From an uncultured Desulfobacterales bacterium (GTDB lineage Bacteria > Desulfobacterota > Desulfobacteria > Desulfobacterales > B30-G6), in contig CAYVMI010000033.1 of assembly GCA_964452555.1 (NCBI GenBank), forward strand, positions 1,553-65,552: a DNA stretch of 64,000 nucleotides, read 5' to 3'. Position numbers and translations under genes: made by a program. The notes beneath the pieces are model-generated. The model was given only the letters and a program-made list of their open reading frames with translations. It did no database searches and was not told the DNA's origin. Of this stretch, positions 1 to 9,234 are shown piece by piece (position 1 is the stretch's first letter; every line of letters starts with the position of its first letter).

Positions 1-2
1 TG

Positions 3-149
3 AATGTTCCGGTGCTGGATGGTCTGGGACCCATCGGCGGGCGGGACCATAGTCGCGACGAATACATGATCAAGCAAAGCCTGCCCCAACGAACCCTGCT
101 TTTGGCCTGCGCCCTGCTTGAGTGCTGGAGGGCCTTTGGTAGCTCTTAG
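3..149 (+). CDS. 3-prime end of an ORF truncated by the window edge, possibly an M20-family metallopeptidase C-terminus
   Basis: The frame is open from the window edge to TAG at 147-149. The tail ...LDGLGPIGGRDHSRDEYM... resembles the G-x-G-x-HS-x-DEY block near the C-terminus of M20 peptidases. Only 48 codons are visible. Confidence 0.35.
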   Translation, partial: NVPVLDGLGPIGGRDHSRDEYMIKQSLPQRTLLLACALLECWRAFGSS

Positions 150-194
150 CGGTTAGCTCTTGGCTTTTAGCCGGCTTAGAGCTAACAGCTAACC
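141..194. repeat. R1-family palindromic word repeat (GCTCTTAG / GCTAACAG words)
   Basis: agctcttagcggttagctcttggcttttagccggcttagagctaacagctaacc. It is self-complementary and uses the same vocabulary as 26584-26666, 27544-27644 and 28983-29083. Confidence 0.6.
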
Positions 195-479
195 TCAACG
201 ATGCAAAAGCCTGAGGGCTTCAGAGTCAAGGCGTCTGAGGGTGAAGTCGTAGTTTTTTACTTCGAACCCTCAGCAACACAGAATCTGGAGTCCTCAGGCT
301 TTCCCAAGGGGTAAACAACATGGCAAAATCAATGCTATCCTTCTTGTCCTGGTGTAGCTCAATGATCGAATAAAAAAGATTCCCAGGAAAGTTTTAAAAT
401 TCGTCGTAATCTGCATAATGTTCATCATAATAGCAATAATTTATCTATACCTTGCCATGTTGTTTATGCAATTTTGTGG

Positions 480-2615
480 TTAAGAGCTGATACGAAGTAT
501 CCTGGTGGAATTAACTACCGCCAATACCGCCGTACCCATATCTGCGAATACCGCCTCCCACATGGAAGCCATCCCCAGACTGCCCATCAGAATGAAAAAG
601 CCTTTAATCGCAAATGCCAGGCCGATATTTTGCCAGACGATTCTACGGGTTTTATGGGCTATGCCGATGGCTTCGGCTACCTTCCGGGGTGAATCCTGCA
701 TCAGGACCACATCGGCTGTTTCGATGGCGGCGTCCGAACCCAAAGCTCCCATGGCAATGCCCACATCGGCCCTGGCGATTACGGGCGCATCGTTGATGCC
801 GTCACCCACAAAGGCGATACTGCCGCCCAAGCGTTTCTGACTCTGGATCTTTTCAAATACGCGGACTTTGTCCTCGGGCATTAAGTCCGCATGGTATTCA
901 TCAATGGCCAACTGTTTGGCCACATACTCAGCAGCACAGGCATTATCGCCGGTCAGCATGGCAACCGTATCAATACCTGTCTTTCTCAGGCTCTCGACGG
1001 TCGATTTAGCATCCGGGCGAATTTGGTCACCGATGATGATATAGCCGGCATATTGATTGTCAACGGCCACATGCACCACCGTACCGTCAAAATCGCAACG
1101 ATCATGAGCAACGGATTCTGAATGGAGCAAGCGGTCATTGCCCACCAGAATTTCCCTGGTTTGATAATTGGCCCTAACGCCACGGCCTGCCAGGTTTTCG
1201 TGTGCTGATATATCATGGCTTTTCAGCCGCAATCCTGTTTGTGAAAATGCCGCCAATATGGAGAGTGCGATGGGATGGTTTGATTGCGCCTCGGCAGCGG
1301 CCACGAATTCCAGCACCTTATTTTCAGAATAGCCATTATACGTGGCAATCTCCGACACCTTAAAAACCCCCTGCGTTAACGTGCCGGTTTTATCGAACAC
1401 CACTGTTTTCACTTTTGCCAGGGCATCAATAAAGTTGGATCCTTTGACCAGTATACCCCTGCGGGAAGCCAGACCGATCCCCGCAAAATATCCCAGGGGT
1501 ATGCTGATGACCAGGGCGCAGGGACAGGATATCACCAGCAGCACCAGCGCCCGATAAACCCAGGATTTGAAGGTTGCATCCGCAAATAGCAGGGGCGGCA
1601 GAAAGGCAATCGCGGCCGCTATTAAAACCACTGCCGGCGTATAGTAGCGCGCAAATTTGGTTATGAACTTCTCGGTCCGGGCCTTTCTGGCGGTGGCGTT
1701 CTCTACCAATTCCATAACTTTGGCAATGGACGATTCTTCAAAGCGCCGGGTAACGCGCACGGTCAAGGCCGCAGTCTGATTAACCTGCCCGGCCATGACC
1801 TCACCGCCGGGCGCTATCGATATGGGCACTGACTCGCCCGTCAGGGCGGATGCATCGACCTGCGATGTGCCTGACAACACCTCACCATCAAGGGGGATTT
1901 TTTCGCCGGGCTTGATTAAAATAGTATCACCGATATTCACCGATTCCGGAACTGTCTCCCGAAATCCCCGTCTGGTTTGAACCACGGCTTTTTCGGGTCT
2001 TGCAGCTAATAATGCTTCAATGGAGCGGCGTGATCCGTCCACGGCCCGGTTTTGAAGGAGTTCGCCGATTTTATAAAAAATCATGACACCGATGGCTTCT
2101 GAATAGGCGTGAATCATCAATGCTCCTACGGTAGCGATGACCATCAGGACATTTTCATCGAAAAATTCGCGGCGCCGTACGGTTTGCCAGGCCCCTCGCA
2201 GAACATTGAAACCGGCCAAGAAGTAAGCCGTCAGGATAATGATAAATTCCAGGCTTAATAGATTATTTTGATGAAACCATGACTCCCAAAACATTTGAGT
2301 GAGCAGCAGCAGGATGGCTGCAACCAAACCAAGGATCTCCTTCTTGGGGATTTTCCCTTGGACCGGCTGTGCATGTTCATATGGCCCGACCCGCTCAGAT
2401 TTGTCCACCACTTCAACATCCGGTTCGATTTCAGCCACCGCTGCAACTACCTGAGCGACATTGCTCGATTTAATATGCAGGCTTAACGTCGCAAAATCGA
2501 CCACTGCATTTTCCAAACCTTCTCGTTGATTCAAGCCCTTTTCAATTTTGGCGGCACAATTGGCGCAATCAAGATTTCTGAGTTCAAATTTTCGCGGTTT
2601 TAATTCTTCAAGCAT
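480..2615 (-). CDS. cadA: Heavy-metal (Zn/Cd/Pb-type) translocating P1B-type ATPase
   Basis: 711 aa. N-terminal HMA domain with CANC (CxxC). Membrane CPC motif (SCPCALVISIP). Phosphorylation site DKTGTLT, SNHP, and hinge GDGINDAP. Confidence 0.93.
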   Translation of the reverse strand: MLEELKPRKFELRNLDCANCAAKIEKGLNQREGLENAVVDFATLSLHIKSSNVAQVVAAVAEIEPDVEVVDKSERVGPYEHAQPVQGKIPKKEILGLVAAILLLLTQMFWESWFHQNNLLSLEFIIILTAYFLAGFNVLRGAWQTVRRREFFDENVLMVIATVGALMIHAYSEAIGVMIFYKIGELLQNRAVDGSRRSIEALLAARPEKAVVQTRRGFRETVPESVNIGDTILIKPGEKIPLDGEVLSGTSQVDASALTGESVPISIAPGGEVMAGQVNQTAALTVRVTRRFEESSIAKVMELVENATARKARTEKFITKFARYYTPAVVLIAAAIAFLPPLLFADATFKSWVYRALVLLVISCPCALVISIPLGYFAGIGLASRRGILVKGSNFIDALAKVKTVVFDKTGTLTQGVFKVSEIATYNGYSENKVLEFVAAAEAQSNHPIALSILAAFSQTGLRLKSHDISAHENLAGRGVRANYQTREILVGNDRLLHSESVAHDRCDFDGTVVHVAVDNQYAGYIIIGDQIRPDAKSTVESLRKTGIDTVAMLTGDNACAAEYVAKQLAIDEYHADLMPEDKVRVFEKIQSQKRLGGSIAFVGDGINDAPVIARADVGIAMGALGSDAAIETADVVLMQDSPRKVAEAIGIAHKTRRIVWQNIGLAFAIKGFFILMGSLGMASMWEAVFADMGTAVLAVVNSTRILRISS

Positions 2616-2768
2616 TTATTTGTTCCTGTCATTGTGGAAGTGGTTTTAAAGCCCGTCTAACACCCGATATCTGTGTTGGGCGTAATCTGGTGACTTAAAA
2701 CAAATTCTGTTAAATCGTTAATTCTTATGTACGAATTTCAGCATGTGCCCGGCGACAACATATCGGCA

Positions 2769-3149
2769 TTACTCTTGGATGTGCTCCATGCCGAGATTGA
2801 GCAACTTGCGCATATGGTCGTCATCTAGTGAATAATAAATCACCTTTCCGTCCCGGCGGCTTTTAACGATTCGTGCCTGTTTGAGGTTTTTCAACTGATG
2901 TGATACGGCCGGCTGTTTCATCTGCAATAATGCGCAAAGATCGCAAACACACATTTCCGACTCGCTCAAGGCCCACAGAATCCTGAGCCGGGTCCCGTCG
3001 CCAAAAAGCTTAAACAGATCTGCCAGATGATCTAAATAAGCTTCATCGGGTAAACGGTTCTTAACATCGTTAACCACCTCAATGTGAATACCTTTGGTGA
3101 TGCAGGCCAGGCTCGCATCGATGGGCTGATCGGTTAGTTGCATAGGCAC
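2769..3149 (-). CDS. ArsR/SmtB-family metal-sensing repressor (CadC-like)
   Basis: 126 aa. Winged HTH with a CVC metal site (EMCVCDLCALL) and SHQLKNLK recognition helix. It lies immediately upstream of the ATPase and is co-oriented with it. Confidence 0.9.
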   Translation of the reverse strand: MPMQLTDQPIDASLACITKGIHIEVVNDVKNRLPDEAYLDHLADLFKLFGDGTRLRILWALSESEMCVCDLCALLQMKQPAVSHQLKNLKQARIVKSRRDGKVIYYSLDDDHMRKLLNLGMEHIQE

Positions 3150-3191
3150 CTCTTTATGGCTCGAATATTTTCTGTTATTTTAAATTATCAT

Positions 3192-3215
3192 ATTAACATA
3201 TGTACATATATTAAT
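3192..3215. promoter_or_regulatory. Candidate ArsR/SmtB operator: near-perfect 24-bp palindrome ATTAACATATGTACATATATTAAT
   Basis: 22 of 24 positions are self-complementary around a central GTAC. It lies about 43 bp upstream of the ArsR-family start, in the divergent intergenic region. Confidence 0.55.
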
Positions 3216-3305
3216 TTTTTCCGGGGCTGTCAAGAGCCGAGAAGAAAACTGTTGTGTAGATTTTTTTTCTTTGATAGAAAAACAATCTATATAAGGAGAA
3301 AACAC

Positions 3306-3914
3306 ATGCTGGGGAAATGGGACCAATATAACGAAATCGCCAAGGGGATTGCCGCCCTGTTGCACCCGTACGCTGAAGTCGTTGTGCATGATCTCCAAAA
3401 ACAATGCATCGCTGTTCTGGTAAACAACTTTTCAAAACGCAGAGTCGGCTCACCCACGTTGCTTGAAGATATGAAATTCACACCCGGGCAATGGGTTATC
3501 GGCCCGTATGAAAAGCTCAACTGGGACGGGCGTAAACTTAAATCCATCAGCGTCGTTCTGAGAGATAGCGCCGGAACCCCGGAAGCGATCATGTGCATCA
3601 ATCTCGATGTGTCCGCGGCCAATGACTTGCATCAGCGCCTGGAGATGTTTCTGAGGCCGGTTAGCATGATCGCCCAGCCCGACGAATTGTTTAAAGATGA
3701 CTGGCACGAACAGATCAATCGATTTATCAATGCCTGGCTATTGGAACACAATCGAACCATCGACACCCTGCACCGAAACGAAAAACGCACACTGGTTAAA
3801 CGCCTCTATGAACAGGGTGCATTCAAAGGCAAACAGGCCGCCAGCTACATCGCCAGAATTCTCGGACTCGGAAACTCTACAGTATATAAATACTTAAAGG
3901 AACTGCGCTTATGA
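3306..3914 (+). CDS. YheO/DauR-like transcriptional regulator (PAS-like N-domain plus C-terminal HTH)
   Basis: ORF 3138-3914 trimmed to the ATG at 3306, which follows AAGGAGAA. N-terminal LLHPYAEVVVHDL block typical of the YheO-like PAS domain. C-terminal HTH ASYIARILGLGNSTVYKYLKE. Confidence 0.75.
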   Translation: MLGKWDQYNEIAKGIAALLHPYAEVVVHDLQKQCIAVLVNNFSKRRVGSPTLLEDMKFTPGQWVIGPYEKLNWDGRKLKSISVVLRDSAGTPEAIMCINLDVSAANDLHQRLEMFLRPVSMIAQPDELFKDDWHEQINRFINAWLLEHNRTIDTLHRNEKRTLVKRLYEQGAFKGKQAASYIARILGLGNSTVYKYLKELRL

Positions 3915-4043
3915 TATCCGCCGCAATCTCCTTGATCGGAACCTAATCCATTGGGGTGTATTACGGTAAATGAAGATCGCCCATCACCGGCCTTAATAAA
4001 GCGAGGCCACCCAAAACTACTTACTTTTATCGGGAGGATTATT

Positions 4044-4886
4044 ATGCTAAAAAAATCACTGATACTTGTACTGGCACTTACCGCATTCACCGCAACGGCG
4101 TTTGCCGGCCCAAAAGTAATTGTAGGAACATCCGCGGACTGGCCCTTTTTTGAATGGGTCGACAAAAAGGGCAACATCGTCGGGTTTGATATGGACGTCA
4201 TGCGGATGCTGGCCAAAATCAACCAGTGGAATCTGCAAATCAAGGATATTCCTTATGATTCGCTGATCCCGGCACTGAAGGCCGGCAAAATCGATATCAT
4301 TGCCGCCCAGACCAATATCACGCCGGAACGGGCCAAGCAGGTCGACTTTTCAGATTCCTACTGGACCGCCGATCTTGCCATCCTCGTGGGCAAGGATGCC
4401 GATATCAACATGGCGACAATGTTCGCAAAAGGCCATAAAATCGGTGCCCAGACCGGCACCACCCAGGCCGGCTTTCTCGAGGACGCCATAAAGGCCGGTG
4501 CTAAAATAACGTTTAAACCTTACGAAACCAATGACCTGATTCTCATGGACATCAAGGCCGGTCGAATTGATGCGTTTATCGGGGATACACCCGTAGCCAA
4601 GGTCTTTGCCCGAAGCTGGCCTGTAAAAATGATCGGTATCCTTGTGCCGGACAATGCCGACTGCGGTTTCATGGTTCAAAAAGGGGATCCCAAGGGCCTG
4701 CTGAATCAGATCAACAGCGGGGTCAAAAAACTGCAGAGCGACGGAGTCTGGCCGGTTTTGACCGATGCCTATGCCGGTGGGGACTTGGATAAGATAACAG
4801 AATGCTATGCCGGCGCACGCGGCCTGTTGGAATCCGGCGATCTAGGGGGATACGCGGACAAGCTCAAGGGCTGTATGATGAAATAG
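4044..4886 (+). CDS. ABC transporter substrate-binding protein, family 3 (polar amino acid or opine type)
   Basis: Trimmed to the ATG at 4044, after GGGAGGA. Signal peptide MLKKSLILVLALTAFTATAFA. The block DIIAAQTNITPERAKQVDFSDSYW is typical of family-3 SBPs. Confidence 0.85.
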   Translation: MLKKSLILVLALTAFTATAFAGPKVIVGTSADWPFFEWVDKKGNIVGFDMDVMRMLAKINQWNLQIKDIPYDSLIPALKAGKIDIIAAQTNITPERAKQVDFSDSYWTADLAILVGKDADINMATMFAKGHKIGAQTGTTQAGFLEDAIKAGAKITFKPYETNDLILMDIKAGRIDAFIGDTPVAKVFARSWPVKMIGILVPDNADCGFMVQKGDPKGLLNQINSGVKKLQSDGVWPVLTDAYAGGDLDKITECYAGARGLLESGDLGGYADKLKGCMMK

Positions 4887-4974
4887 AATCGTCGCTGTCT
4901 GTTCCGGGACCGGTTCTCGGAATTGGCCGGGAACCGGGGATTTGTCCCGGAACTCCTGACAACCAAACGGATGA

Positions 4975-5670
4975 TTGATGGAACGATTTTCAAGCCTGAT
5001 GGTCATATGGGAATCATGGCCCATGTTTCTTCACGGCGCCGGCATGGCCGTGAAGCTCTGTTTCATTTTCCTGCTGGTGGGGATCGCCGTGGGTTTGCCG
5101 GCGTCCCTGATGCAGGTCTATGGGAACCGCGCCGCACGGATATCGGCCTCCATGCTTGAACAGACCTTTCGGGGCCTGCCGGCACTGGTGATTCTGTTTC
5201 TTTTCTATTTCGGTTTATCAGAATTCAACGTCTCGCCCCTTATGGCCGCAACGCTGGCCATGGGCCTCCGTTCGGCCGCTTACCAATCGCAGATATTCCG
5301 GGGTGCCGTCCAATCGATCGAATCCGGCCAAATGGTGGCGGCGCGGGCCATCGGCATGAGCCGCTTCAAGGCGATCCGCTGTGTCATCATTCCCCAGGCC
5401 CTTCGGCTTGCAATCCCGCCATGGTCGAATGAATATGCCAACGTGATGAAGGACACCTCTTTCGTATTTGTGGTTGGCATCGTTGAACTGATGCGCCAGG
5501 GCCGCTACGTGGTGGCGCGGTCCTTCGGTAATGCCTTATTGGTTTATTGTGTCATTGCCGTTATCTATTTTGTCTTGACCTACTTCGGTACGCATCTGCT
5601 CGGACGTCTTGCCAAGCGTCTGGCCATACCCGGGCATTCCACCGGTGGTGCCGCTATGAAAAGGATTTGA
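4975..5670 (+). CDS. Amino acid ABC transporter permease (His/Glu/Gln/Arg/opine family)
   Basis: 231 aa and multi-TM. EAA-type loop ARAIGMSRFKAIRCVIIPQALRLAIPPWSNEY. The exact start is uncertain. Confidence 0.85.
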   Translation: MMERFSSLMVIWESWPMFLHGAGMAVKLCFIFLLVGIAVGLPASLMQVYGNRAARISASMLEQTFRGLPALVILFLFYFGLSEFNVSPLMAATLAMGLRSAAYQSQIFRGAVQSIESGQMVAARAIGMSRFKAIRCVIIPQALRLAIPPWSNEYANVMKDTSFVFVVGIVELMRQGRYVVARSFGNALLVYCVIAVIYFVLTYFGTHLLGRLAKRLAIPGHSTGGAAMKRI

Positions 5671-5674
5671 TCTC

Positions 5675-6442
5675 GTGGGTGCTCTCCTGACAGTCGAAGA
5701 CATACATAAAATTTATGACCAAAAACATGTCCTCAACGGTATCTCGTTTGAAATGAAAAGGGGGGAAACCAAGGTCATCATCGGACCCTCCGGAACGGGT
5801 AAAAGTACCCTCCTGCGCTGTGTAAACCGTTTATCCGAACCCGAACAGGGCCGTGTCGTCCTGGACGGCGTAACTGTATTGGACAAATCGCTTGATCACC
5901 CACCCAAAGTGGATATCAACCACATCCGATCCCAGATCGGGATGGTTTTCCAGAACTTTAACCTGTTTAGCCATCTGAACGTACTGGGAAATGTCAGTTT
6001 AGGGTTGATCGAAGTCAAGCATATGCCTAAAAAAGCGGCCCATGAACGCGCCTTGCAGGAAATCGAACGGGTCGGGCTGATGGAAAAAGTAAACGCATAC
6101 CCGGCGCAGCTTTCCGGTGGCCAACAGCAACGTGTGTCCATTGCGCGGGCTCTGGCCATGGATCCCAAGCTCATACTCTTTGACGAGCCCACCAGCGCTT
6201 TGGATCCGGAATTAATCGGTGAAGTCCTGCGGGTTATGATCAAATTAGCCCAAGACGGCATGACCATGCTGTGCGTAACCCACGAACTCGGCTTTGCACG
6301 CAGCGTTGCCGACGAAATTATTTTTCTCGACAATGGCAAGATCCTGGCGCAGGATTCACCTGCCGAGCTGTTTTCAAACCGGACCCATCCCCGCATCAGG
6401 ACCTTCTTGAAAAAAATTTCGGAATTGTATGGTGGCGCCTAA
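5675..6442 (+). CDS. Amino acid ABC transporter ATP-binding protein
   Basis: Walker A GPSGTGKST, signature LSGGQQQRVSIARAL, Walker B LILFDEPTSALD. GTG start. Confidence 0.93.
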   Translation: MGALLTVEDIHKIYDQKHVLNGISFEMKRGETKVIIGPSGTGKSTLLRCVNRLSEPEQGRVVLDGVTVLDKSLDHPPKVDINHIRSQIGMVFQNFNLFSHLNVLGNVSLGLIEVKHMPKKAAHERALQEIERVGLMEKVNAYPAQLSGGQQQRVSIARALAMDPKLILFDEPTSALDPELIGEVLRVMIKLAQDGMTMLCVTHELGFARSVADEIIFLDNGKILAQDSPAELFSNRTHPRIRTFLKKISELYGGA

Positions 6443-7118
6443 AATGGAATTCCTGGAACTTGCCATATCCACGCTTCCGCAGCTGCTGATGGGCTTGAAA
6501 AACACCCTGATGCTGACAGCACTGGCCATTGCGCTGGGTATCGGTCTCGGTCTTGTTCTGGCGCTCTCCAAGGTCTACGGTCACGGACCTATTCGTTGGA
6601 TTTCCAGCGCTTATATCGGCCTTTTTAGGGGTACACCGCTTCTGACGCAGCTGTTCATTATCTATTTCGGGCTTTCCTCCATCGGTATTGTCCTGTCTCC
6701 GTTTACAGCTGCAATTCTGGGGCTGGGGCTCAATTCGGCCGCATATCAGGCCGAGTATTTCCACGGTTCGATCCTGGCCATCCATCCCGGGCAGATAACC
6801 GGTGCGTTAGCGCTGGGAATGAGCCGGCTCAAGACCATCAAATGCATCGTTATTCCCCAGGTCCTGCGACTGGTCATCCCGTCCTGGTCCAACGAATTGA
6901 TCAGTCTGCTCAAATTCTCATCCGTGGCATACCTGATCCAATTCCCGGAACTTCTTTTTCAGACCAAGTTCATCGCCTCCAAAAATTTCCGTATGTTCGA
7001 GCTGTCCATTATAACGGGCATCATTTACCTTTCCGTTGTTCTGGTTATTTCGCATTTCCTTCGAAAACTGGAGTTGAAACTGCGAATTCCAGGGTTGGGA
7101 ACAGGAAGCACTTTCTGA
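6429..7118 (+). CDS. Amino acid ABC transporter permease (second subunit)
   Basis: 229 aa, a paralog of 4975-5670 (ALALGMSRLKTIKCIVIPQVLRLVIPSWSNEL). An alternative ATG at 6444 sits just after the ATPase stop. Confidence 0.85.
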   Translation: MVAPKMEFLELAISTLPQLLMGLKNTLMLTALAIALGIGLGLVLALSKVYGHGPIRWISSAYIGLFRGTPLLTQLFIIYFGLSSIGIVLSPFTAAILGLGLNSAAYQAEYFHGSILAIHPGQITGALALGMSRLKTIKCIVIPQVLRLVIPSWSNELISLLKFSSVAYLIQFPELLFQTKFIASKNFRMFELSIITGIIYLSVVLVISHFLRKLELKLRIPGLGTGSTF

Positions 7119-7211
7119 TGAGAATCCAAACGCTAACGCCATGGCCAGTGCAATTCCCGCTGGCAAAACCGGATATGACCAACCCTAAAATCATTAATAA
7201 GGAATTAGTCC

Positions 7212-8198
7212 ATGGGTACTGACAACCCCCTAAGAGCCCGTGTTTATCAAGACGTTCTAGCCGCCGAGGACCGGATCCGGCCCCATATCCGCAAGACCTA
7301 TCTGGCGTACTCCCCTTATTTGAGCGACCGGGTCAAAGGACAGGTTTACCTCAAACTTGAATGCCTGCAGCATACCGGATCATTCAAGTACAGGGGAGCG
7401 CTCAACAAGTTTCTGTCCCTGCCCCCGGAAGTACGACAGAAACCGATCATCACCGCTTCATCCGGAAATCATGGTACGGCGTTTGCCGCCCTGGTTCAGA
7501 AATTCGGTGGGCAAGGCATCATATTTCTGCCTGAAAACGCATCGACTGCCAAAGTAGACGCCTTGCGCCGTTACGGTGTGGAACTTAAATTTTTCGGTAC
7601 GGACTGCATTATGAGCGAGACCCTGGCCAGGCAGACGGCCGACCAAAAAAAGCAGGTATTTGTCTCGCCCTATAACGATTCTCAAATTATCGGCGGACAG
7701 GGAACCATTGCCGTGGAATTAATGCAGCAGCTGGAATCCATGGATTCAGTTCTCGTGCCTGTAGGCGGTGGTGGATTGATATCCGGGATTGCCGGATACT
7801 TGAAAACCGTACATGCAGCGACGCGGGTAATTGCCTGTCAACCCGAAAATTCAGCCGTCATGTATGCCGCCATCCAGGCTGGACAAATTGTCGAGATGGC
7901 ATCCAAGCCGACGCTTGCAGACGGCACCGCCGGTGGGATCGAAGCCGGAGCCATGACCTTTGATATCTGCCGCGAAACGGTCGACGGCTTCATACTGGCC
8001 GATGAAAATGAGATCCGCGCTGCCATCCGGGTCATGATCGACCACCATCAGATGCTCATCGAAGGCGCCGCCGCACTGTCTGTGGCCTGCCTGCTGAAGG
8101 AGAAAGAACGTTTTCAGGGCCAACAGGTGGTCCTGATCATCAGCGGCCGGAAAATCACCTCCCAATCCCTCAAGGAGATTTTGAATGCAGACGCCTGA
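7212..8198 (+). CDS. PLP-dependent serine/threonine dehydratase-family enzyme (threonine ammonia-lyase-like, EutB-like)
   Basis: PLP-lysine motif SFKYRGA and glycine loop VPVGGGGLISGIA. At 328 aa it has no ACT regulatory domain. Confidence 0.8.
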   Translation: MGTDNPLRARVYQDVLAAEDRIRPHIRKTYLAYSPYLSDRVKGQVYLKLECLQHTGSFKYRGALNKFLSLPPEVRQKPIITASSGNHGTAFAALVQKFGGQGIIFLPENASTAKVDALRRYGVELKFFGTDCIMSETLARQTADQKKQVFVSPYNDSQIIGGQGTIAVELMQQLESMDSVLVPVGGGGLISGIAGYLKTVHAATRVIACQPENSAVMYAAIQAGQIVEMASKPTLADGTAGGIEAGAMTFDICRETVDGFILADENEIRAAIRVMIDHHQMLIEGAAALSVACLLKEKERFQGQQVVLIISGRKITSQSLKEILNADA

Positions 8199-9168
8199 AA
8201 TGACCCCCCGAACCATTACGCGGGACCAGATCGAAGCCATCGTGAGCGGAATGGATCCCGCAAACATTATCGATGCCATCCAGGAAGGCTTCGTGGCCTA
8301 CTCAAATGGCAGGGTCGAGGTGCCGCCGGTCGGTGAAATGCTTTTCGACAATCCCCCCGGAGAAACCCATATCAAATATGGTTACATCATCGGGGACGAT
8401 GCCTATGTCATTAAAATAGCATCCGGATTTTACCGGAACAGGGATTTGGGCATTTCCCCAAATTCGGGTTTGATGCTCATGTTCAGCCAGAAAACCGGCA
8501 GGCTCGAAACTATCCTGCTCGATGAAGGGCACCTCACCAATGTTCGAACGGCCGCCGCAGGTGCCGTAGCGGCCCGCTTTCTCGCCCCCGGGGCCGTTAA
8601 CCGAATCGGCATACTGGGTGCCGGCTACCAAGGCAGGCTGCAGCTGGCCTACCTGCAAACGGTTACACCCTGCCGCAACGTAACTGTGTGGGGTGTGAAT
8701 CAGAATGAGCTGGATGCATACCGGGAGGAAATGAGCGCCAGGGGCTATGACGTCCGAACCACCCTCGACCCGGCCGACGTCGCTGCAAACTGCGATCTTA
8801 TCGTGACGGCCACCCCGTCAAAAAAAGCCTTGCTCATGGCGGATCAAATCAAAGCCGGTACCCATATCACCGCTATGGGATCGGATACCCCCGAAAAGAT
8901 TGAACTCGATCCGGCCATCCTGGCAAAAGCGGACGTGATCGTAGCCGACAGCATCGCTCAAAGTCGATCCAGGGGCGAAATTTTCCAGGCCCGCCAGTCC
9001 GGTGCACTGACGGAGGATCGCGTGGTCGAGCTGGGACATATGATTTCAGGTCAGGCGCCCTCACGAACCGACGACACTCAGATCACCGTAGCCGACCTGA
9101 CCGGTGTAGCCATCCAGGATATTCAGATATGCAAGCTTGTGTCCAGGGCCAGCGGTAACTTGCCCTGA
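8185..9168 (+). CDS. Ornithine cyclodeaminase/mu-crystallin family NAD(P)-dependent enzyme
   Basis: 327 aa. Rossmann motif IGILGAGYQGRLQ. Family-typical N-terminal domain and TAMGSDTPEKIELD block. It overlaps the upstream gene by 14 nt. Confidence 0.8.
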   Translation: MQTPEMTPRTITRDQIEAIVSGMDPANIIDAIQEGFVAYSNGRVEVPPVGEMLFDNPPGETHIKYGYIIGDDAYVIKIASGFYRNRDLGISPNSGLMLMFSQKTGRLETILLDEGHLTNVRTAAAGAVAARFLAPGAVNRIGILGAGYQGRLQLAYLQTVTPCRNVTVWGVNQNELDAYREEMSARGYDVRTTLDPADVAANCDLIVTATPSKKALLMADQIKAGTHITAMGSDTPEKIELDPAILAKADVIVADSIAQSRSRGEIFQARQSGALTEDRVVELGHMISGQAPSRTDDTQITVADLTGVAIQDIQICKLVSRASGNLP

Positions 9169-9234
9169 ACATCAGACCGACACCCCTAATGGTAAAGGGT
9201 TCCTCGTTTACCATTCGGATGAAAGGAGCAGTTT

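Noticed and set aside
3138-3305. N-terminal extension of the YheO-like ORF (MHRHLFMARIF...).
   Set aside because: The extension runs through the AT-rich divergent promoter and the palindromic operator. A good RBS precedes the ATG at 3306, and family homology starts there.
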